A DNA stretch of 58,324 bases from a virus (Duplodnaviria; Caudoviricetes): positions 1-58,324 of IMG/VR virus record IMGVR_UViG_3300003886_000004. One strand, written 5' to 3'. Shown here piece after piece: positions 1 to 9,017 of this stretch (positions are counted from its first letter, which is position 1; each line of letters begins with the position of its first letter). The position numbers and the translations under genes were made by a program. The notes beneath the pieces are model-generated. The model was given only the letters and a program-made list of their open reading frames with translations, was not told the DNA's origin and did not search any database.

Positions 1-782
1 CCCACGATATGTCAGGACTTGCTGTTGTAGGTGTGGTAGTCAATCGATCAAACAATAGATCAATATCACCTTGACTTAGTGCAGATTGGAATAATTTGAT
101 TTCGGCTAGGTCTCCATTAAAGTAGCCTGATGGCGTTGAGTCGTTGTACCGACCTATCGCAAAAGTATTTGAGGCCGCTGGAAACAGAACGCTTGAGCTA
201 TTTGTGCCTTCCGGTACACCATCGACATATAGTTCACGGTCAGTAGCACTGCGCCACACACCAACCACATGATGCCAATTTCCGTCGTTGATTAACGTCG
301 TACCTGTTATGTTTTGACTAGATCCATTCCTGGCCAACACCATGGCCTCGCCGTCACCTCTGATTAACAAACCACAGTAAGATGATGGTGCATTATTCCG
401 ACCCAGAAATGCAGCTACACCCGAACTTGTCGATGTTGTCCGTACCCACGCCGATATTGAAAATGGGTAGCTGTAGCACCCACGCCGATATTGAAAATGG
501 GTAGCTGTAGCCCGATATTGGTGCATGGGCATAATCATTCGACCCATCAAAAGACAATATAGGCCTGTTAACAGCAACAGGGAAATTGTTATGGGGTAAT
601 AGTGATTCCAAAACAGGAATCCCATTCACCAAAGAGTTTTGATACTCGGTTTCATCAAGCACCCATTGAACAACTGATGGGATCTGATCGGGGTTGAATA
701 CTGGCGTGGATTCTTGATTTCCCCCAAATATGTGAGGTGAAGCAACTGATCTAGCTAACAGGTTTCCCAATAATTTAACCAT
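1..782 (-). pseudogene. LamG/concanavalin-A-like domain virion protein, frameshifted by a 34-bp duplication and truncated at the window edge
   Basis: Track ORF 393..782 reads ...LSFDGSNDYAHAPISGYSYPFSISAWV and then shifts frame. Removing one repeat copy gives SAWVRTT...INDGNWHHVVGVW...ELYVDG...FAIGRYN...YFNGDLAEIKLFQSALS, typical LamG motifs, open to position 1. Confidence 0.85.
444..511. repeat. Perfect 34-bp tandem duplication
   Basis: acccacgccgatattgaaaatgggtagctgtagc at 444-477 and again at 478-511. Confidence 0.95.
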
Positions 783-784
783 GG

Positions 785-1114
785 TTATTTTTTAACCTGT
801 GGTTCTATGATAGCTGTTATTTGATCTATCAATGAATCCAATCCTTTTTGTAAAGTTTTGTATTCAGCTAAAGCCATATTATGTCTTTCATCTTCAGTAT
901 CCCCAGTTGAAGGGTTGATCCCTCTTACTTGTGCATCATGAAGTAGAAATTGTTTTTGAAATCCAATTAGAATCAGAGACACTACTTGCATTTGAATTGC
1001 TACCAATCTCAAATCGGCTGAAAACTTATTCAGAATCCAATAAAGAACGAATACAAAACAAGCTGCAATCAATCCGTTTTCTAAAACTTGGGTCAGCATA
1101 ATATCGAAAGACAT
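785..1114 (-). CDS. Holin-like membrane protein
   Basis: N-terminal TM segment (GLIAACFVFVLYWIL) followed by a coiled-coil-like region, a BhlA/UviB-like layout; lies in the late operon. Confidence 0.5.
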   Translation of the reverse strand: MSFDIMLTQVLENGLIAACFVFVLYWILNKFSADLRLVAIQMQVVSLILIGFQKQFLLHDAQVRGINPSTGDTEDERHNMALAEYKTLQKGLDSLIDQITAIIEPQVKK

Positions 1115-1116
1115 TT

Positions 1117-2040
1117 TTAATTCCTGCTTAAAGAAGTAATTTCACTAGTTAAATTTTCCAAAGTTTGATAACCTTCCAAACTTGTAACCCCTCCAACTCC
1201 TGCAACCAAGAAGATGGGGTATTTTTCTCTGTGTGAAGAAGTAAAAATTTGAACAATCACACCGGAACTTAACAGTTTAGGTAACACTTGATCTTTCCAT
1301 TGATCACAAGGGACACAAGGAGAGTTAGATACAAAAGCTAACACAACTGGTTTACTTGACAATCCTGTAATAACAGATGAAATTACTGACATGTAATCTT
1401 TTGACGTAGTAATTTTGTATTGGTCTATTTCCTTGTTTACTGGAATTCTCCAAAGAGTTTTCCAATCATACCCACGTTGTTGACGTCCTCTGGAAAGTAG
1501 AACTTTTTCAATCTCAGAAAGAACTAGATATCGGGTCTCTGATAGATCTCCAGTATCTTTAATCTTGGCTAAAGCTTCAACTAACCTAACTGTAGTAATT
1601 TGATCACCTAATGTAACTTGACCTGACCTACTAGCTTTTTCTACTTCAATGAAATTATTTGTAGGAGGGTCAGGATTATCAGGGAGATCAGGATTATCAG
1701 GATTGGTTGGCGATGTCCCTGAAACCACAATTGTATGTGTTGCATGATTTATACTTTCAGCATCTACTGCTACATAGTCAAAATCGTAAACACCCGGAAT
1801 CATTATTGACGTAAAGAATGAAGTCCCACAATTAGCTCCTTGATCTTTCAGATTAGAAGGCATGATCCAGTGAAACCTATCACCAATAGAATCCATAGCA
1901 TTGAGAACTATGAATTGTCCTGGTACTACTTTCGTTGGTCCTGAGATGATCGCTTCTGCACTATGTACCTTCATGTTAGACAGAAGGATAAAAATCAAAA
2001 CACCTAAAACTATAACAAGCAGTTTGGGGGTTACAGCCAT
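1117..2040 (-). CDS. Exported/membrane-anchored protein with Ig/PKD-like domain, PDN-rich linker and C-terminal thioredoxin-like CxxC domain
   Basis: Hydrophobic N-terminus, (NPD)n linker, SPCVPCDQWK motif. Confidence 0.6.
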   Translation of the reverse strand: MAVTPKLLVIVLGVLIFILLSNMKVHSAEAIISGPTKVVPGQFIVLNAMDSIGDRFHWIMPSNLKDQGANCGTSFFTSIMIPGVYDFDYVAVDAESINHATHTIVVSGTSPTNPDNPDLPDNPDPPTNNFIEVEKASRSGQVTLGDQITTVRLVEALAKIKDTGDLSETRYLVLSEIEKVLLSRGRQQRGYDWKTLWRIPVNKEIDQYKITTSKDYMSVISSVITGLSSKPVVLAFVSNSPCVPCDQWKDQVLPKLLSSGVIVQIFTSSHREKYPIFLVAGVGGVTSLEGYQTLENLTSEITSLSRN

Positions 2041-2957
2041 TTTAGTTCCTTGTTCAAAAGGGTATTTATAATCTGGCCATAGATGGGGACACCATAACCG
2101 AATCTAGGGTCACGTCCAGGATCGCCTCGATCTTCAGCATTTAGTTTTATGAACTCTCGAAACGATTCGATTGCAGTCCATTGAACTCCTCCAGTACGTC
2201 TCATCAATTCTACTATCAAAGCTAGAACACCTGAACCGAAAGGGGTTGCCATACTTGTTCCTGACATTGAAGTGTAACCACCTCTATAAGAAGTAGACAC
2301 AATGTCTTGTCCAGGGGTTGCCCAGTCGATCTCTCGACCTCCTGAGGAGAAATTGGCAATTGATCCGTCCTTTCGAGTTGCACCGTTACAGATGCAATTA
2401 GGATACTTAGAAGGCCACCCAATAGTATTCCTACCATTGTATCCTGAGTTACCTGAAGCGGCGTTAACGATACAACCGTTTTCCCAAGCATAATCAATCC
2501 CTTCATTTGTAGGTCTGTAAGATGAACCCCCTCCAAGACTCATATTGATAATGTCTGCTCCTTCATCTACAGCCCAACGAATACCTTCAGCAATCCCCGA
2601 ACTACTACCTGATCCACTGTTTGAAAGAACCTTTCCAACTAATAGCTCAGCTTCCGGGGCTGTTCCAATTCCGTTACGTCCTAAAGCCGTACCTGCAACA
2701 TGTGTTCCGTGTCCGTTACCGTCATTGAAACTTTGACCCCTTATAAAGGATTTAGTTGATATCGGAGTAGGTAAATCAGTATGTGTATTCATTCCAGTAT
2801 CTAGGATAGCAATTTTGATTGTTTTTCCTGTGGCTACTTTCCATACATCCCCCCAGACATCTTTTGGTAGATGCCAGAGATTCGATACCATTGTAAATAT
2901 AATATCGTCTACAACTGTGTCTGGGGGAATTGAAATTGGGGGGTCAAAGTTATTCAT
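2031..2957 (-). CDS. Subtilisin-like serine peptidase (S8)
   Basis: Catalytic triad motifs IAILDTG, GHGTHVAG, SGTSMATP; oxyanion motif AASGN. Confidence 0.95.
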   Translation of the reverse strand: MNNFDPPISIPPDTVVDDIIFTMVSNLWHLPKDVWGDVWKVATGKTIKIAILDTGMNTHTDLPTPISTKSFIRGQSFNDGNGHGTHVAGTALGRNGIGTAPEAELLVGKVLSNSGSGSSSGIAEGIRWAVDEGADIINMSLGGGSSYRPTNEGIDYAWENGCIVNAASGNSGYNGRNTIGWPSKYPNCICNGATRKDGSIANFSSGGREIDWATPGQDIVSTSYRGGYTSMSGTSMATPFGSGVLALIVELMRRTGGVQWTAIESFREFIKLNAEDRGDPGRDPRFGYGVPIYGQIINTLLNKELKWL

Positions 2958-3217
2958 CCAAACAGTCCAATCAATTTGACGATCAAAGGGAGAAGTCTTT
3001 CCAAGAATTCAATCAGACCGTCCCAATCGATTCGAGGGTCTCCTTCTTGAATGGTGATTACATCACTGTGATAAGCTTGTGCAATCACTTCATCCAGAAC
3101 CAACTCACGAACACGGGAACGTTTCAATTTTCTCAACATTCTTCGTTTTTTACGATTACTGTAATCGGAAGATTTGATTGTTTGTTCAACTCGCTTTAGT
3201 AGTTTTGCCTGGTCCAT
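2954..3217 (-). CDS. Small protein with C-terminal amphipathic helix
   Basis: Ends IDWDGLIEFLERLLPLIVKLIGLFG; overlaps the peptidase start. Confidence 0.7.
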   Translation of the reverse strand: MDQAKLLKRVEQTIKSSDYSNRKKRRMLRKLKRSRVRELVLDEVIAQAYHSDVITIQEGDPRIDWDGLIEFLERLLPLIVKLIGLFG

Positions 3218-3226
3218 GTTAATTTA

Positions 3227-3565
3227 TCACTTCATCAAAAGGGAAAAGAGTCTAAACAACTTAATCAGCAACAAAGGATTGATTCCTTTAGTTGATACAT
3301 CTGAAGTTATTGATTCAAGTTGATTTTCACAAAGAACCAAAACTTCATTCGCTACAGAGGTTACAGTTTGGTTTTCAAGAATACCTACACTGCTTGTTGG
3401 TGGGGTGAATACTTCGATGGTTGATCCAGTAATCCAAAGAATCAATTTAATCGATTCAATCGATTCAGTTAGTATCTCACCGTTTTTAATGATTTCAATC
3501 AAACGTTTGACTGAATCCATCGGGAGTTCTACAGGAAAATTAGGTAAGGATGAATCGCTGTTCAT
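3227..3565 (-). CDS. Small protein with C-terminal amphipathic helix
   Basis: Ends GINPLLLIKLFRLFSLLMK; GGAG RBS upstream. Confidence 0.7.
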   Translation of the reverse strand: MNSDSSLPNFPVELPMDSVKRLIEIIKNGEILTESIESIKLILWITGSTIEVFTPPTSSVGILENQTVTSVANEVLVLCENQLESITSDVSTKGINPLLLIKLFRLFSLLMK

Positions 3566-3596
3566 GGGTTCTCCAATGTAAGAAGGGGGAAATTCA

Positions 3597-4019
3597 TTAT
3601 TCGGTTACAGTTACCGAGGAAATGATATTTTCTACGATTTCAGATTTAGTGTCCTCATCAGAAATTACAACTTCTAGCTCTTTTGCATAGGATTGCAAAT
3701 CTACAAAAGACATTGCATCAAGTTCTTTTTGCAGATTTCTATCATCTTCAGACAAAGATACAGGTTCAGATTTCAAATCTTTACGTCGATTCAATTCCTC
3801 TTCCAAAGCATCATCAGACATACTAGAGAGTATATCAGTTCTTGGAATACCATTTGAAATATCCCGAAACTTTTCCGGGTATAGTTCTGATAGGTTTGTA
3901 TCTGATTCAAAGATCGTACCTTTGGTCAGTGTTTTACTTTCTGTTAAAACCTTACCAGTCTTATCCGTAGTAGCACCTACTCGGTGACATCCTCGCATTA
4001 GCTGAAGTTTGAAGTTCAT
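3597..4019 (-). CDS. Capsid-adjacent protein with Rho-N/HeH-like C-terminal helices
   Basis: LDAMSFVDLQSYAKELEV...TKSEIVENI motif; lies directly after the capsid gene; start moved to MNFKL. Confidence 0.6.
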   Translation of the reverse strand: MNFKLQLMRGCHRVGATTDKTGKVLTESKTLTKGTIFESDTNLSELYPEKFRDISNGIPRTDILSSMSDDALEEELNRRKDLKSEPVSLSEDDRNLQKELDAMSFVDLQSYAKELEVVISDEDTKSEIVENIISSVTVTE

Positions 4020-4064
4020 TTTGTATCTTTCTGTGTGTAGTAAATAAGGGGGGTAAGGGATCAA

Positions 4065-5174
4065 CTAGGAAGTTGTTCCGTGTCCAATTCCAGTGTTACC
4101 GTTGTAATCAGAACGGAGTTGAGGGACTTGGATCGCCATAACCTTGAAATCCAAACGCATTCCACCCATCGTTGACCATTGTACAGTACGGATCTCCATA
4201 CCATTAACAGCCCGACAAACATCAGGAGTCATTTGAACCAACAGAATAGTAAACGTGTTAGGTAGAAAATCTAACCTAATAGGTTTGCCAATGATCTGGT
4301 CAAGTTTACCAATTCGATCACGTAAGGTGTTATCGCCTTTCTCAGCTGAATAGTCGATATCCATATGCTTCGACCAATCAGTACTGTGATAACATTTGAA
4401 TGGTCCGTAGAAATTGTTATCATTCAACGAATCAATCAGATCCAAGATATCATCAATTGCTTGTGCAGGGGTCCAACCCCCGGCAGTGGGTGCAGTGAAG
4501 TCAATCTTAGTAACTCGGTCAGGAAAGTTAGTGTAACCATAAACTTTAGGGACACTACCATACTCAGCTACCGAAGTAGGTGACAGAGAAGGACCAACAA
4601 GAGTCCCTAGAGTCATCTTCTCAATCTCCTCAGCTACTCTTCGTCCAGCAGATTCACCCATTGCAGTATCAATTGGGGTACCCAACTTCCTGGAGACAAG
4701 CAATCTACGACTTGAAAACCAAAAAGGTGAATGCACAATCGGAAGGGGTAACCCTTCTAGTTGGAACAGAGGGGCGTCCCTTCGTCCTTCAGTCATACCG
4801 TCAAAATCAACGAATGCTTCTCCTGGGTCACTCATAGTCTCATGTTCTAAGACCAGGGATGACATACCGTCGAATCCACCAAAGGTATTGGCGTTTCTCA
4901 AATCAGCATACGCCCTAAGACGTTGACGAGCCGCTCTAATGACTACCTTATCAAAAGAAGCCCATTCGTCTTTTCTTAGTGTAGCAGCGTTAGCAGTCAA
5001 TACAGCCTCTTCAATAGGTTTACCTTTAGCGTCGGTACCCGTATTGACAGAGATGTAGTTTTGATTGTCGTCCCCAATGTAAGGACGTAAAGCACGGTAG
5101 TCGCCTTCAGATTGTAGCAATCTACTTGCTACGTCTCCAAATGCTTGACCGTTATGGATAATGTCCAGTGGCAT
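4065..5174 (-). CDS. Major capsid protein, HK97 fold, encapsulin/Linocin-M18-like
   Basis: 369 aa; LRKDEWASFDKVVIRAARQRL, PLPIVHSPF, YGYTNFPDR and FKVMAIQVPQLRSD motifs; follows the scaffold and decoration genes. Confidence 0.85.
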   Translation of the reverse strand: MPLDIIHNGQAFGDVASRLLQSEGDYRALRPYIGDDNQNYISVNTGTDAKGKPIEEAVLTANAATLRKDEWASFDKVVIRAARQRLRAYADLRNANTFGGFDGMSSLVLEHETMSDPGEAFVDFDGMTEGRRDAPLFQLEGLPLPIVHSPFWFSSRRLLVSRKLGTPIDTAMGESAGRRVAEEIEKMTLGTLVGPSLSPTSVAEYGSVPKVYGYTNFPDRVTKIDFTAPTAGGWTPAQAIDDILDLIDSLNDNNFYGPFKCYHSTDWSKHMDIDYSAEKGDNTLRDRIGKLDQIIGKPIRLDFLPNTFTILLVQMTPDVCRAVNGMEIRTVQWSTMGGMRLDFKVMAIQVPQLRSDYNGNTGIGHGTTS

Positions 5175-5216
5175 TGTGATTTCCTTTTTGTGATTAAAAT
5201 GAAGTAGTTAAAGTTC

Positions 5217-5660
5217 TTATCGACCAGTACATTCGACAAGGACTAAAGTATCAGTAGTTAGTGCTCCGGGAGTTTCCAAAATTGTAAACCCTTCGGATTC
5301 AACAGCACCTGTAGTTTCGATGAAGTTACCTTCACTGACATCACAGATAAGTTTATCACCAACTACAAGTGTATCTGCCGTTTCATCAGCTAATACTTGA
5401 ATCTCGTCTCCAGCTACTGGACAATAGACTCTCACCCTTGCCCCGGCTGCATAAGCGGTTAGTGTAGTCATGGATAGATTCGCATCTTCTATGACAATCA
5501 ACCAGGTTCCCCTTTCTCCATCAACCGCAGAGTTACCAACGATAAGCTCCCCGGCAGCATTACGTTGTACAGCCATTCCAGGTAGCAATACCGTAGATGC
5601 TTCTGCCATCACTTCTTTGCAGTGTCCTCTACCTTTCAGGACAATTACATTTCTAGCCAT
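5217..5660 (-). CDS. Head decoration/cement protein
   Basis: LLPGMAV and AYAAGARVRVY motifs; immediately upstream of the capsid gene; GAGGA RBS before the ATG at 5660. Confidence 0.7.
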   Translation of the reverse strand: MARNVIVLKGRGHCKEVMAEASTVLLPGMAVQRNAAGELIVGNSAVDGERGTWLIVIEDANLSMTTLTAYAAGARVRVYCPVAGDEIQVLADETADTLVVGDKLICDVSEGNFIETTGAVESEGFTILETPGALTTDTLVLVECTGR

Positions 5661-5685
5661 TTCAGACATCCTCATAGTTACAGGT

Positions 5686-5731
5686 AAAAAACGGACCTCA
5701 GCCAAATCATTTCTAACCCAGCCGAGGTCCG
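5686..5731 (-). terminator. Intrinsic terminator-like hairpin
   Basis: Minus strand CGGACCTCGGC...GCTGAGGTCCG followed by T6. Confidence 0.6.
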
Positions 5732-5759
5732 CACCCCCCTCTGAGCAGAAAGTGTAAGA

Positions 5760-6458
5760 TTAGTCGTTAGTGTTGATTGTAGAATAATCCAAATCTTCAC
5801 TAACCAAAGCAGTCTCTTTCTTGTTTCCTGTCACACGAACCCCTGATCGACCTTGGTAGTTCGGGAAGGTTCTTGACAAGTCTTGTGATTCTTGAACTTT
5901 TTCAGACTCTTCACAAAGAGAGGTAATGCCAGTCAATTGATTGATTGTCATTTTTTGAAGTTGATCTTCAGTAAAGATGTTTTTGTCGTTGTCAGTGATC
6001 TTTGCAACCATTTGATCACGTTGTGCATTTTCCCTTTGAATTGCATTTACAACTACCGATCGAATCTCTTCCGGTGCAGAAGCTAGCCATTCTTCATTAT
6101 CAAGTTCTGTTTCTTGATTAGCTGTAACTTTCTTTGTCCGTTTGTCCAATTCTTTCTTTAAGTGACTGGTAGAGTATTCTTTCAGATCACCTTCTTCGTC
6201 TTTTTCTGTTTCTTTCTTTTTACTCTTCATCCCTTTCAGTTTCTTTTTACCCTTCATTCCTTTTTTGTCTTTGTATTCCATATTGACTCCGAGGGTTTCT
6301 GAAAACTCTTCTCCTGCTAGATTGACCAACATTACGTCATCCATCTTTTCCAGAGTATCGAAATCATTTTCACCAAACATTGGTTCAGTCTCACAATCGC
6401 AGTTACCCACAAGATGATCCACAAGGGTCTCTCGTTGGTCTTCAGTTAGTTCTTCCAC
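5760..6458 (-). CDS. Capsid scaffolding protein
   Basis: Highly charged; WLASAPEEIRSVV and FTEDQLQKMTINQL resemble the scaffold halves of DUF2213 proteins; GAGGAG RBS. Confidence 0.65.
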   Translation of the reverse strand: MEELTEDQRETLVDHLVGNCDCETEPMFGENDFDTLEKMDDVMLVNLAGEEFSETLGVNMEYKDKKGMKGKKKLKGMKSKKKETEKDEEGDLKEYSTSHLKKELDKRTKKVTANQETELDNEEWLASAPEEIRSVVVNAIQRENAQRDQMVAKITDNDKNIFTEDQLQKMTINQLTGITSLCEESEKVQESQDLSRTFPNYQGRSGVRVTGNKKETALVSEDLDYSTINTND

Positions 6459-6505
6459 AGTAATCTCCTCACAAGTAAAAATAGAAATTGTTCAACACAA
6501 ACAAT

Positions 6506-6910
6506 TCACGCAGTCGGGTCAAAGAGTGCTCTAATTTCTAATCGAGCTTCTCCAGTATTCGTAACGTACAAAGCTATAATATCTGTAGTTACGGGATTTG
6601 TAGGGCTATCTACCATTCCAGCACTCCAAATAATTGGTTTCCCATCAACCAAATCAAACACATTATCTGGAGTGATTGTATCATTAGTACCTACAGTCAT
6701 GTTCCCTCCAACACTCCAGATAGCAAATGATTTGCATTGACTTACATCCAGAGTAAACGCAACAAGTTGACTAAGGCTGTCAGTAATTGATTCACTGATT
6801 GATAACTCGCTTCCTGCAACTTGGGTATTCGTGGAAGCACGAGAAACATTTCCATTGCTATCTGTGTAGCTTGTGTTCTGTCTTACTGTGTGCGTGAACG
6901 ACATGGACAA
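6506..6910 (-). CDS. Small beta-rich putative virion protein
   Basis: 134 aa, Thr/Ser/Val-rich, ALYVTN motif; between protease and scaffold. Confidence 0.6.
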   Translation of the reverse strand: MSMSFTHTVRQNTSYTDSNGNVSRASTNTQVAGSELSISESITDSLSQLVAFTLDVSQCKSFAIWSVGGNMTVGTNDTITPDNVFDLVDGKPIIWSAGMVDSPTNPVTTDIIALYVTNTGEARLEIRALFDPTA

Positions 6911-7818
6911 ATACCTCTGTGATTAGATGAATGGAGAATAGAGTTTATGTTTAGTCTGGATCCAACACAAGTAGAATTGTTTGTATTCACTACAGGTTCG
7001 TAAGATATCTTTGATACAACCTCAACAGGTTCACCAGAGACTTTAACCTTGTCGCCTTTCTTAGTGTAACTCAGTTCGTAAGCTACTCCGTTTTTTTCAT
7101 ACACGACAGATTTGTCAAACACCTCACGTACCCAAAGATCTATATTTGGATATGTATCAGGTTGACCTTTGGTAAGGAATTTTTTGATTGCATCAGCTAA
7201 TCGAACTCTGATATCGTTATGAGAAATCTTGTTAACAGTGAGTTCTTTGGTTTCGCCATTTTCATTGACCAGAACACCACAGCCATCTTCAAGACTACAA
7301 GCTCCCTCATCGTCTAATAGAATAGCCAAATGATCTGGATCAAAACTATTGACTACGTGAGTGTATTTTTTACCTTTGTATTTTCCAGATCTTTTAGAAG
7401 CTTTTACAAAACTTCCAGTAGACAGTTCTATGTTTTCATTGGCTTCAAGTTTTTCAATGATTCTAGGGTCAACCTCATTAGATTTTTCAACATCAAACCA
7501 GGCTTCACCACTGAGGGTCTTTCCACCTTTAACATTGAATACAAACCCAATTCCTTGATTGTTCAAAATCTTAGGGTCACGGGCAGAGATATACTCACCA
7601 GAAGAATTTTTAGGGTGATTAACTACCAGAGGCATTTGATTCCAACGATTGACTCGTTCGTTGATTCTACTTTTTGTGTACAGAGCGTTACCTTCACTTC
7701 CAGGTAACACACCAGGCACAATCATAGAGACAGGAGCAACCAGATACTCCTTACCATTCAAGGTTTCGGTTTTCACCTTACCTTGGGAGTTGGCGATCAA
7801 AAGTTGTAGTTTAGACAT
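6883..7818 (-). CDS. Prohead maturation protease, DUF2213-like
   Basis: PLVVNHP, ELSTG and DHLAILLDDEGACSLEDGCGV motifs; position in the head module. Confidence 0.8.
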   Translation of the reverse strand: MSKLQLLIANSQGKVKTETLNGKEYLVAPVSMIVPGVLPGSEGNALYTKSRINERVNRWNQMPLVVNHPKNSSGEYISARDPKILNNQGIGFVFNVKGGKTLSGEAWFDVEKSNEVDPRIIEKLEANENIELSTGSFVKASKRSGKYKGKKYTHVVNSFDPDHLAILLDDEGACSLEDGCGVLVNENGETKELTVNKISHNDIRVRLADAIKKFLTKGQPDTYPNIDLWVREVFDKSVVYEKNGVAYELSYTKKGDKVKVSGEPVEVVSKISYEPVVNTNNSTCVGSRLNINSILHSSNHRGICPCRSRTQ

Positions 7819-7921
7819 AGACGGCCTAGGATCGTTTCTAAGGAGTATTTGGGGTTCACGGGTAAATGAAGCCTAACCACCTAGAAACGTCCGTTACAAG
7901 TCGTTCTAGGCCGTTCTAACG
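7819..7921. repeat. Helically phased quasi-palindromic element, copy 1
   Basis: Nested inverted repeats acggcctag/ctaggccgt and cgtttcta/tagaaacg; 7823-7841 matches 31542-31560 at 18 of 19 nt. Confidence 0.6.
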
Positions 7922-8167
7922 CTATTCCAAAGGATTCCCGATATTACGGGTTACCCGGTAGCGTGACTTGTACACCCCCAACCTTTCAGCATCTATTGAG
8001 TATCCAGAAGGGGCGATCTTCTTTCGGATATTCTTTATGTGGCACAGAACGGTATGCCAACTGTTAAAAGGTTGAGAAGCTTGAATCTCTGTTCTAAAAT
8101 GCCACTTACCATCTTCTAAAATAGCGTACACATCTTTTTCTGTTGCTGTCAATTCTACTTTAGTCAT
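7922..8167 (-). CDS. Winged-helix DNA-binding protein (OmpR/PhoB C-terminal-like)
   Basis: LTATEKDVYAIL...TVLCHIKNIRKKI pattern; no receiver domain. Confidence 0.6.
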   Translation of the reverse strand: MTKVELTATEKDVYAILEDGKWHFRTEIQASQPFNSWHTVLCHIKNIRKKIAPSGYSIDAERLGVYKSRYRVTRNIGNPLE

Positions 8168-8168
8168 T

Positions 8169-9017
8169 CTAGTTCCAAGTGTCTGATTTAGAGGATTTAG
8201 AGATTGATCGTTTGATTGATGCTTTCAGCTTCTTTCTATTGACCGCAGTAAATGCAGGAATAGGGCTACACCTACAGTTAGGATGTCTAGGAAATTTACC
8301 CCTAGCTTCCTGGAGTGGAAATACTAATCCTTCTAAGGGTTTACAGAGAGGGCAAACATGTGAGTCATTAGCAGTAGACCATTCAACCTCTACCCCGATG
8401 AATTCTACTCCCAGGTTCTCCATTGCATCTAATGCACCTTCAGCATGTGCTGTTATAATTGAAGTTCTGGCTAAAGTCTTTGCTCTTGTAATTCCGATCT
8501 TTTTGACTCTGTCTGATATGTTTTTTCCTATCTTGTTTGGTGATTGACCTTTTATCAGTCCCTCAGTCATTACCCTAAGTATTTGAGTTTCAGTTGCTTT
8601 AGTGATTCCCTCTAGGTCTGAGAATACTTGTTCTTGTAAGATCGCTAAAGTGTTTAAGTCAGTATTTCCAAATTGAGATTGGATAAATTCTTTCTTACTG
8701 ATGACAAAATCTTTCTGTTTCTTAATCCCTTTTCTCTTTGTCTGATCGTAAGCTTTTGAAACCCCGCTCAGGTATGCTTTCTCTACTGACTTAGGGATAT
8801 CAAGCTTACCTTGGGTTAACTGTTTCTTTAACCAAGATTGAACTCGACGTACTTTATCTGAGAATACTACATTTACCTGGACTTCATGGTCTGAATAATA
8901 ATCAACTTCTTTTTCAGTCAGTATTTCAATTAACTCTTTTTCTAAAATTTTGAAGGGTTTAGTCAAGTCCCTTACAAAAGCTCTTCTGAGTGTGGTTGTC
9001 CTGGTCGGATCATACAT
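8169..9017 (-). CDS. Minor head protein (SPP1 gp7/Mu gpF-like)
   Basis: RAKTLARTS, WSTANDSHVCPLC and PRHPNCRC motifs; start moved to MYDPTR. Confidence 0.88.
   Translation of the reverse strand: MYDPTRTTTLRRAFVRDLTKPFKILEKELIEILTEKEVDYYSDHEVQVNVVFSDKVRRVQSWLKKQLTQGKLDIPKSVEKAYLSGVSKAYDQTKRKGIKKQKDFVISKKEFIQSQFGNTDLNTLAILQEQVFSDLEGITKATETQILRVMTEGLIKGQSPNKIGKNISDRVKKIGITRAKTLARTSIITAHAEGALDAMENLGVEFIGVEVEWSTANDSHVCPLCKPLEGLVFPLQEARGKFPRHPNCRCSPIPAFTAVNRKKLKASIKRSISKSSKSDTWN

Noticed and set aside
4065-5174. Bacterial encapsulin nanocompartment or bacteriocin
   Set aside because: It sits in a complete phage head operon with portal, protease and terminase, and there is no cargo gene.
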